Source: Vicugna vicugna (lineage: Eukaryota). From it: DNA of 64,000 nucleotides. The position numbers and the translations under genes were made by a program. The stretch covers positions 3,261,010 to 3,325,009 of the forward strand of contig MU058384.1 in the NCBI GenBank assembly GCA_013265495.1. The letters are read 5' to 3'. Under the pieces are notes generated by a model that was given only the letters and a program-made list of their open reading frames with translations, made no database searches and was not told the DNA's origin. Positions 54,090 through 64,000 of the stretch are shown here, in pieces (position 1 is the stretch's first letter; every line of letters begins with the position of its first letter).

Positions 54090-54457
54090 TTTTTTTTATG
54101 ATTTGCTTTTTTATTGAAGTACAGTCAGTTTACAACATTGTGTCAATTTCTGGTGTGCAGCCTAATGCTTCAGTCATACATATACATATGTATTTCTTTT
54201 CATGTTCTTTTTCATTATAGGTTACTACGAGATACTGAATATAGTTCCCTGTGCTGTACCGAAGAAACTTGTTGCTTATCTATTTTGTATATACTAGTTA
54301 ACATTTGCAAATCTTGAACTGCCAATTTATCCCATCCTCCTCCCTTTCCCTCACCTTGGTAACCATAAGATTGTTTACTATGTCTGTGAGTCTGTTCCTG
54401 TTTTGTAGATGAGTTCATTAGAGTTTTCTTTTTTTTCTTTCTTTTTTTTTTTTTTTT
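54090..54457 (-). mobile_element. young L1 3' UTR
   Basis: attgaagtacagtcagtttacaacattgtgtc...atgtctgtgagtctgtt, closely similar to the 18.5 kb copy. Confidence 0.9.
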
Positions 54458-54589
54458 AATGAGCAATTTCAAAGGAGGAAGCAATAGCCAGGGGTTTAAG
54501 TCTAGAGGACCAGCTGACTGTGACTTGGTGAGACTGGGGGACATTCAGCTGTGCCCGAATTCTTATTGGGATTGCTATTATTTTTTGCT

Positions 54590-54745
54590 AAAGCTTTAGT
54601 TACAAATTCTATAGGTTTTGAAAAAATTTGCCCCCACCCTGTTTTCCCCAAAAGCCCTTGTTATTTTTTGTATATGTCTTGCAATTCTGGAGAACCGGAG
54701 GCTTTTCAGGAACATATACATTGCCTTTGAGCAGAAATACCTGTA
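54590..54745. mobile_element. possible Tigger-type DNA transposon fragment
   Basis: ttttcaggaacatatacattgc...agcagaaatacctgta, CTG+TA terminus. Confidence 0.35.
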
Positions 54746-55439
54746 ATTTTTTTACCACAGTCACAATGCTAGATTCTGTCCTTCTTGTCTGTTGACAGAA
54801 TTCCTCTCTACTGTCAAATCTTTCATAAAGGCTAATACTTAGAGCACATTAAATTGATATATTTTTTATTCTCCTACCCATAATTCTCTAGCAAGAGTTC
54901 TGCCATTACAGCACCAGGAAAATGGGAAAACAATAGCTGCTATGAAAAACAAAAAATGAATACAACATTGGGGAGAATTTTGATAAAAATGGAGGGGGAA
55001 CCCACCCCTTTTGCCCAGGGGTAAGAAATTATGGGAAGAAAAAAGGAGAAGCGGGTGCCAAGACAGGTGTATTCCAAGCCCCTCCTCTTAAAGCTAGAGC
55101 TCCAGAAAAAGGAGCTTGTTGGGTAGGCTGAGAGAGGACTCTTCAGGCAGAGATCAGTGAGTCCTGGGGATCCCAGGGTGTTAGGAACTGATACTCACAG
55201 CATAAGCCAGGAGCTAGGGATGCAGGAAGTAGAAGATCAGTGGGGTCTGAAATGCCAAGAGCTTTGTTGGCCAGGGAGGACCACTGGGTCCTGAGTAAAC
55301 TGAGAGAGAGTAATTTCTGGTTCAGGCTTCAGACACAAATGCGGGGGGACCAGCAGCCCAAGAACAAAGGCTCCCACGAAGGAGGAAAGGAGGTCAGTGC
55401 AAGGACATGTTGAGTCTGCCAAGGCCCTGGCAGGGAACA

Positions 55440-55830
55440 GAGATGGTACAAATGTAGGCTCTCAGCAAAGATGCTACCTCCAGAGGCAAGGGCAGAGTTG
55501 AGGGAGTCACAGTGGATGGTGAGGCTCCCAGAGACTAGCAACTTCAGGATGGTCTTCCTTCCTGTAAAGCTAAGGGAGCCAGAGCCCACAGAGAGCTGGA
55601 ATTGTGCCAGCTGTGATCATGGCGGCACACAGTCAGACACGTGGTGTCCAAGCAGGGAGGGCACGGGGAAGAAATGCCCTCACTTTTCACCTTCCAATCA
55701 TGCATCTTCTCCTAGTGTCTCCTATTAACCCAACCAACAGAAGCCACTCAGCCAGGAAGGCTGGGATATAAAGTCTGCAGGAGGCAGTCTTCGGGGACAC
55801 CCAGGAGAGCAGATAAAGGCAGAGATGTTG
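55440..55830. mobile_element. old MaLR LTR (MLT1-like)
   Basis: cttctcctagtgtctcctattaacccaaccaacagaagcca...ggaaggctggga. Confidence 0.5.
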
Positions 55831-56113
55831 GGTAGTGTGAGGAAAAGCAGAGTCTGACTGGATACATCCTCCCCTTCCAGTGTGAGGGCACCTGAGCCCC
55901 TCTTCATTAAATACACAGATGCCATGTTGGAGTGGAGCACTAGGGATGCCACACGATTGAATATTTACCGAGAGTCAACAAAAAGAAGTGTGTAAATGAT
56001 TGAAAACAGACTTAAGTTTGCTAAAATATAGTTGATTTTTCTCTCTACCCATCAGGTCATTGGAATGAAAATGAGATGAATTGTTTTTTTTAAAAAATCA
56101 AGAAGCATGAATA

Positions 56114-56137
56114 ATAAATAAATAAATAAATAAATAA
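56114..56137. repeat. (AATA)n microsatellite
   Basis: aataaataaataaataaataaata. Confidence 0.9.
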
Positions 56138-59100
56138 GCAACTGCACTGTCACTGCCCAATGTCCTAAGTGTGAGGAAATTTGTGAATCTTCTCCACTCT
56201 GTGTTTCTCTACTTCCAGAAGTAACTGAGGTGACTTAAAGATGAAACCGGGCAGAAACCTCCCAACAGAGACCACAGGAAGAGCATATTTCAGACTCCTG
56301 CCGAAAGCAAGCAAATCTTAAACAACCCCTGGGTGATGTTATTGACATCTCAAATGTTCATATAGTACACAGTGTCATATCCTTGATTATTAAAAATAAA
56401 AATACGGAGTTACTTAAAGAAATAAAATATTTTCCCAAACTCAATATAAATGATGATTTATCACAAGGAAACTTCTATGAAGTACATTGAGTGATATGTG
56501 GGGAAAATATCCCTTCAGATTTTCTGAGATAACGAAATGATGTTCAAGCAGGATGTCAGTTCTGGATGGCTTCACATTGTCTGGCCTTCTCCTTTTGTCC
56601 TGCAAGATGTTCTGCACCATATCCTTGCTGCATGCCACCCACCAGTTTCCTGATTTCTCCTGGACAAAATGATTATCTCAGTAACGACCTCCAAGCCTTC
56701 CCTCAAACACTGAGATCAGCTTGTCAGAACGTCCTGCTTTCATGCACAGACTCAGCGTCTGTCTCACCGGGCTTCTCCCTGAATATCCCAAACATCCAAA
56801 CGCAATTGTATACGTCTTTATCTCACCCTTCCTCGCCTAAATCTAATTATACCAATATAAAATGCTTTCCCCAAATGTCACGTTCCAAATATTTTCCAAT
56901 TTGCCATCACAGTCTTTAACTGAACTCTTCCATCAAAGCCATTTTAAGTCTGTATTTTTCCTGTAAATAGATGTACATTACATTTGTTTATATGTCATCT
57001 CCCTACAATAGACTAAATCAAAATATCTGAGGATCAAGGCTTCAGCAAATTTTATTATATTTTTCTAAGACAGCAAAATCTAGACATTTAGGAGGTGACC
57101 AAACCTTTATTAAAATGGAGAGGAATATAGTAATAACAAATCTATTTGTGGGACAACTTGTACTTTCTTGTTATACTAAAAAAAACTGTTGACATTCAAA
57201 GGAAAATATCTGAATTTCAGCAAGCAATTTGCTTAAAGCAATGCTCTTGCCTGTATGTTTCTCTTTTTCCTTTTTAAGCCATTTCTGAAGTCACACACAC
57301 ATACACACACACTCTAACCTATAGCCTTCCTGGAAAAGATACCTTAAAAATCAGGGATTGGAAACCTGACTTAAGTGAGCCTTTAGAGAAAAGAGGCATT
57401 ATTTGGAGACGTCATGCCTAATCATTTTTGGTTTGCAGCAAGAACTTTGAAGGGTGACTCCTGGTATTGTTTCCTGGCCACTCGCTCCTTTTCCTGTGTA
57501 GTTGCATGTTAAACATGATGACTTGCTGTCTAGAAGCCATGTGTTGTCATAATGTAACATCATTAAACAAAGTGTTTAGAGCAGTTTTAGCTGAGCCAGA
57601 ACATGAACAACAAAACCCGCCAATTACAGTGTCATTTTGTGTAGTTGTTAAGGTTTCAAATGTCTCCAACTTTTTCTGGTAGGCCATATTGAGCATGTCA
57701 CAGTGAACGTCTGAGAGACCGATTTGCTAGGCAATGTGCAATTCTCGCTCCTTTTTTTAATATCAGAGAAGAAAGAGTTCTTTATAATAATTTGGCTCAA
57801 ATGTCTACACACATTGCTCCAGCGTCTGTAGCAGCATGTGTTTCTAGGATTGTTCTGGAAGAGAAAATGCAGAAACAGCAGGGAGCAGAAGATAAACAGG
57901 CAATCCGTGACTCATTAAAACAAGCATTGGTAGCCAACATTGTGGAGTGTGTGAAGACCCCAGATCCAACTCGCCTATAAACTTTTTTTACCAGCTGGAC
58001 TTAGCATCTGTCAGAGTTTGGAAGGAGAGATAATCTGGTACAAATGATTTCAGTGTGTCGCATTTATTAACCTGCCACCTTACATAACTCTGCTGATTGG
58101 GAACTCGGGGAAATGTTTGAGCAATGACACAGCTTATTGTTGCAGTGGTACAACTTCAGTAATAAAGATGCAAGTTGTTATTTTACCAAAAAAAAAAAAA
58201 AAGGAAGAAAGAAAGAAACTTACAAAGACCACAGAGCAATTGGAAGATGATAATGAAGCAAAAAAGCATCACGGCATTGAGAAATGTATGTGCCAGAGGA
58301 GTCATTGAAATTCAGTTTAGATTTTGATCATCTTCAATTCTTTACATCAATTAGGCAGGAAAAGTATTTCATATTTTAATAGTTGTCACATTTGTTAAAC
58401 AGCTCGGATGTAAACAAATGCCAAACTGGGAGCATGACCGTGTCCTTTTCCAACTCCTTTCTGTTCTAAATGAATGATTCGCTTCTGTTGTTAAATCCCT
58501 GACGATTGCTTGAAGGACGTGTTTTGTTTCTTTAGCATTTTCACAATCGAACTGAAGGAAAAGTAAAGGGGGCTTCCTGTAGAAACTGTGTCCATTTTTG
58601 TTTTAAACAGCTTCGCCTTGCCTCTTGGGTCTTTAAGGACAAAGAGTATTACCCCAGCAGCCGAAACCACACAAGGTAACCTGCATCCTTTTCATTCCTG
58701 GGCTTTGATTTTCTTCCTTTTTACCTCAAAGTTTGCTTAGCATTATTTGGTCAAGACGGGGAAAACACGAGAAAGCAATTTTCTATGTTCTTATCCAGAT
58801 CACAAGCCAGTAATTTCAAATTAATGGGGATGTTTACTTGCTGGTACAAAATTCGCACATATTAGCTTATAAAATATGGATAAGCTGGTTCCCTATAACC
58901 AAATATAGCCCTGCCATTTCAAAAATGAAAATTGCAGGGACTTTGGAAAAAAATCAGCTGAAGGAATGCTTCCCATTTTGCAATGGTTAGCCTATTATTT
59001 GTAGTTTTGAAACTTTATTGGTCCCCAATCTAATCTTTTCTGAGTATAAAAACATTAACATATGGTTTAACACAGCACAGGGCTGGAAAGTCCATATCCC

Positions 59101-60900
59101 AAATGCACATTGTATGCAGGGTGACATTCACACTAAATGTCATCCCTCAGGGTCTGTACTCCATTTTACCTGGGATTGGAGAGCCATGAAATCCCCGGAA
59201 AAGTTGTTCATGAGTCTGAACCAAATGGTGCACAGTGTACTGAGATACTAACAGTGTATGCTGCTGCCAAAGGTTGTGGCTCAAATGTCTCTCTAAGTAA
59301 CATTAAAAATCTGCTGCTTCATGCCTATGAATTTCAATATTTATAGCAGTCAATAAAACGGTCCACTGTCAGAGAGAGATGTGCCACTGTGCACTCTCTG
59401 AGCAGATGGACGGCAATATGGCACATTTACATGGACCAGCTGTGGAGCGCAGAAATGGATGCTGGTCAGAGGCAGGGTGCAGGCCCCACATCTGGAATTC
59501 TAACCGACCGGCCGCGGTACCCGTTGTAAAGTTTCCTTCTGCAGGACGAGCTCTGATTTAGAGCCGCTCACTAGTGTGCCTTAAACTGCATCAAGAGTCC
59601 TCATTAACACAAGAGACTAGAGGGAGGTTAGGGCCTGGATCTCCTCTGTTGGGCATCTGTTAAAGTCTGCGCATGGCGCTCTGAACAGGGTTTTAGACGT
59701 ACCCTGGGGAAGATTCTCTCATGCGTGATGCAATGTTCTCTACTTAACTGGTTTTATACCAAAAAGAGGTTTTATTATAAACAGAGCTACTTTTTTTTTT
59801 TCAAACCCTCCTCTTTTCCTAAATGGGTCAGAAAATACCCTCAGAGAAGGGCCAATCCCTCAGATATTTTAAAATTTAGTAGAAATGTCTAATTTTTTTT
59901 CAAGTCTCAAATGGAGCATCGTCTATTTGGGGTAGACTGGGCTTAGTTCAGAGGCATGCTTAGAAATTTCTGAAACGTATCAAGCTGTTAGACTAGCCCT
60001 CTTCATTGTAGATCATCAGAACAGTATAATTTTGTGTAGTTTAAACCATTCAGCTGACTTGATAGAAAGATAAACTGCTTCCAACAGATTTTAAGTATGA
60101 ACAAGAAATGGTTCATTACATTAAAAAAATACTCTTAAGGAGTAACACTCTAGTTTCATTTTCAGAAAATATTTTCCTTTTAGAGAAATTCTACTCTCAT
60201 TCTTTCCTTTTGTAACATATTTTCCCCACATTTTTCATTTATTTACTTTAAAATTTATTTGGTCTTCCATGGTTCAACCTCTTGAAAAGATGGCTCATTT
60301 ATATCTTCATACACTGCTGACTCCTTTTTCTATAACAATCTCTCAACATCTATTCCTACCTCCTCTCACCCCAAGAGAAACACAGGTATTTTAAGCAAGT
60401 GAGCCAATACAGCCAACTAACAACTGGGTTATGCTAACTAAATCATATAATTTATAGATATTTTAAGGCCTTGTCATTGGGCAATTATCTACTTTTAAAT
60501 CTAAAAGTAAAGCTGCATTTATGCTATTTGACCTCAATCTTTAAAAAGAAAATTTTGGTTAGAGCTATTAAAAAAAGTTCTAAGTGATGGCCAATTTCCA
60601 TCTAATAAAAAGCTAATAGGTTAAAATACTCCGATTGATTAATTGATGGATGATTGAATAATATAGTGGGATAGTAATTAATGAATAACTGAATGTCCAG
60701 GAAAGACATAGCAGCTAAAGCAATAATTGTTTACGTAAGACAGTAAACACATGACTATACCTGCACCCTTGTGGCATGGACCCTAAATGTAGAACCACCT
60801 ATAAAGGAAGAGCATGAAGTGATGAAAAAGGAAAAGAACAACTAGACACTTAGAATTGTAGCAGTAAGAGAAATGGAACTATTAAAAGGTGAGAAGTGTT

Positions 60901-61542
60901 TGCTCCTGGGCAAATATCCAGAGAAAACTCCAATTTGAAAAGGTACATGCACCCCAATGTTCACAGCAGCACTATTTACAATGGCACTATTTACAATGGA
61001 AGCAACTTAAATGTCCATCACCAGATGACTGGATAAAGAAGTTGTGGTATATTTATACAACGAAATACTACTCAGCCATAAAAAAGAATAAGATAATGCC
61101 ATTTGTAGCGACATGGATGGACCTGGAGATCATCATTCTAAATGAAGTAAGCCAGAAAGAGAAAGAAAAATACCATATGATATCACTTACATGTGGAATC
61201 TAAAAAAAAAAGACACAAATAAACTTATTTACAAAAGAGAAATAGACTCACAGACATAGAAAACAAACTTATGGTTACCAAGGGGGAAAGAAGAGGAGTG
61301 GAGGGAAAAATTGGAAGTTCACGATTTGTAGATACTAACTACTATATATAAAATACATGAGCAGCAAGGTCTTACTGTATAGCACAGGGAACTATATTTA
61401 ATATCTTGTAATAACCTATAGTGAAAAAGAATGTATGTGTGTGTGTGTGTGTGTATGTGTGTGTATATGTGACTGAATAACTATGTTGTACACCAGAAAC
61501 TATCACAACACTGTAAATCAAGTATACTTCAATGAAAAAACA
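60901..61542 (+). mobile_element. young L1 (ORF2 C-terminal remnant and 3' UTR) with TSD
   Basis: Translation WKQLKCPSPDDWIKKLWYIYTTKYYSAIKKNKIMPFVATWMDLEIIILNEVSQ; TSD aaaaggtgagaagtgtt (60884-60900) and aaaaggtgatgagtgtt (61543-61559). Confidence 0.95.
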
Positions 61543-61581
61543 AAAAGGTGATGAGTGTTGGGGTAAAAAGAATGAACCCAA

Positions 61582-61667
61582 GGGATGGGGGGTATAACTC
61601 AGTAGTAGAGCACATGCTTGGCATGCAGGGTTGAATCCCCAGTGCCTCTGTTAAAGGATTAAAGAAA
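61582..61667 (+). mobile_element. short tRNA-Ala-derived SINE with TSD
   Basis: ggtataactcagtagtagagcacatgcttggcatgcagggttgaatcccc; TSD aaaaagaatgaacccaa (61565-61581) and aaaaagaatggacccaa (61668-61684). Confidence 0.88.
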
Positions 61668-62639
61668 AAAAAGAATGGACCCAAATTGGCAACCCAGCAT
61701 AATAGGTATGATCATAGCAGTTTTAAAAATTTTCAATGGAAGAGAATTTTAATTTTTCTTTTACTTTTCAATCACAACTTTTCATTGGCAGTCCAACACC
61801 CCAAAGATATCACTTACTTCAACAGAAAATGTCAATATTTAGACCATCCCTCTCCCTCTCCCTCTCCCATAACTCCTGTATGGGTTGTGAATGAGATGTG
61901 TGATATCTCTGAATGGTCTCCCAACCAAGGGGGATGTTGGAAACAAAGGACACATGAAGCAAAGTGCAACTAACATGATACAAACACTCCCAAATGGCTA
62001 TTTCCATCCATAGTAGTCACCTCTTTTCCATTGTGACTGATTTGAGCTTTACCAACACAAACAATCCCATCTCTTTGTGTCCATCAGGCAGGCAGAGCTC
62101 CAGCATGGTGCTGTCTGGCTCAATGTGTGTTTGTCCCGGATGCTGAACGCACAACTTTTCCCATCTTGTAGACTTCCATTCCACTGCTCCTGACAAGAGA
62201 CAAGTCTATTTATGCATCCTGCTTCTGTTTTTGAAATGCAGAATGACAATTTTTCCTATGTTAAAAAACTAGGAAAACAATACTTCAATTACAATTGAAT
62301 GGCTGTAAGGGACAGCACAGTTCCATGAACTTGTATAAAAACAATATTAAAATGTCTGGTACAATGTGCTTTTTTTTAGCTAAAAAAAATGTAGTTATGA
62401 GTTGTATGTGTGTGAATGTATGTGTGTTTTTAAAGTACCTTCATATAGTAGAGCTACAAAAAGAGATGCATTTTATTTATTAATTTGTGACTTTAATTTT
62501 AAGTTTGGCAGGCAATGAAAGTGAAGAAAATCTCCAGACGGTTTCCTTTATTAGTGTTTGTTTCACATTTCTGAACTCCTGAAGATGAGAAGGAGTTACA
62601 AATTTCGAAAAGGATAAAACTAAGATAAACCTTGTGGGG

Positions 62640-63830
62640 TAAAATTAGAATTGGAATTAGTGTAAACTCATGGTTTCAAAGAACACACAGAGGAATAGAA
62701 ATAAATACAGATATAAAAGTGTGTGTATATACATACTCATACACTTATGGATTTCCTGACTATCCACTGAGAGGACCGAAAGGTCACAATAGCCCAGTGG
62801 CAGTGATCATGCCTAGAACCTGGAGCTTGGCTTCAAATTCCATTCTCCACTAAAAGGAGTCAGAGAGAGAGCACTGATTCCAGGGCCGGGGCAAGGAAGG
62901 GACCAGATGACCCTGGAACATCGTGTTATACCAGAAAGCAGGAAGCACTCAAAGAATGATGGAGACATATGAAAAAGACACAGGAGCCAACTTGACAGAG
63001 CTCCCACTGGCCAAACTGGGGACAATTTGATCATCAAAATAAACAATTATTGTAACATATTAAAGCTCATTGAATTAAACTAGAAAATCATGAAAATATA
63101 TAGATAGAAATAAATGAATACATTTGAAGTTTGTAAGGTACAAGATGTTTACACAATATCCTCCACTAAATTCTTATTTATTACAAAGAGAAACAACACT
63201 AACTTTACAGTTGAGAAGACTAGCCAACATCACCCAAGGCAAAGTGAGCCTCATCAGTGATGGGACAAATTGAAGTCACGCGCCTCGGTAGGAAGAACTT
63301 TTTCATTGATAAGTTTCTAATTTTACACTTCAACCCATGAAAGAGCTCTCTAAACTACCTATCTATCACAGAAGATGTTCTGTGATAGTCTTGTCTAACA
63401 TGCCACGTCTGAAACTAACCCTGAAGAAGCATCAGACCAACCCAGACTGAAGGACGTTCTACAAAATCAATGGTCTGTAATCTTCAAAAGTGCCAAGTCG
63501 TGCAAGAATACTGAGAAACTGTTCCAGGCTAAAGGAGGCTAAAGAGATACGAACTAAGTGCAAGATGTGATTCTAAACAGCCATTTTTGAGGCAAGGGTG
63601 AAACATGGACAAGATCTTGAATGTATCTGTTAACCATCAGAAGTTGATGGGTCTGTGGCATCTGTGTTGAAGAATGTCCTTGTTTATAGTTCATTCCCAC
63701 TAAAGAATTCAGGGATGGAGGATCATTAGGTGGGCAACTGACTCTAAATGGTTCAGAAGAAAAAAAAATTGTTTTAATTTTGTGTTTCCGACTTTTCTGT
63801 AAGTTTGTAGTTTTCCAAATTAAAAACAAA
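62640..63830 (+). mobile_element. L1MC4/5-type 3' UTR
   Basis: ggaagcactcaaagaatgatggagacat...gagctcccactggccaaactggggacaatttga...caactgactctaaatggttcagaa...ttttctgtaagtttg. Confidence 0.8.
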
Positions 63831-63834
63831 AGGT

Positions 63835-63962
63835 TTTAAAACCTAGGCCTGAGTCTTGTCTTCAGAGAATCTGTATAGAATCGAGGTGGGACCCAGGCAT
63901 GACTTTTTTTTTAAAAGCTCCCCAGGGATTTCTAATGTGCAGCCAGGGTTAGACCCATTGGT
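63835..63962. mobile_element. hAT MITE, MER5A1-like
   Basis: ggtgggacccaggcat...ttttaaaagctccccagggatttctaatgtgcagccagggtt. Confidence 0.75.
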
Positions 63963-64000
63963 CTAGACTCTAGACAAACTTGCTCATTTTATGAAACAGT

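Noticed and set aside
59495..59575. Cluster of restriction sites (EcoRI, EagI, SacII, KpnI, PstI, SacI, SpeI) resembling a polylinker
   Set aside because: Spacing matches no vector I recognise and no other vector sequence is present; probably chance in a GC-richer patch
1..64000. Six-frame ORFs (60-147 aa) as genes
   Set aside because: Short, many with non-ATG starts, no recognisable domains; the only recognisable peptides are L1 ORF2 remnants

Overview
AT-rich, repeat-laden mammalian non-coding DNA (intergenic or deep intronic). Four tRNA-Ala-like SINEs resemble the camelid Vic-1 type, and young 5'-truncated L1 3' ends look cetartiodactyl, so the source is probably a camelid (recognised by eye, not by database search). 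I recognise no protein-coding exon; the supplied ORFs are chance frames or L1 ORF2 remnants. The window holds lineage-specific retroposons, several with target-site duplications (TSDs), on top of ancient eutherian repeats (MIR, L2, L1M, hAT MITEs, MLT LTRs). The most interesting unique-sequence signals are a TCF/LEF motif cluster (36.3-36.7 kb), an orphan CpG island (48.2-48.6 kb), a pre-miRNA-sized hairpin (50.1 kb), + strand exon candidates including a 12-nt microexon (45.4 kb), and a short ORF followed by AATAAA and poly(A) (57.8-58.2 kb). None is demonstrably a new system, and repeat boundaries are approximate.
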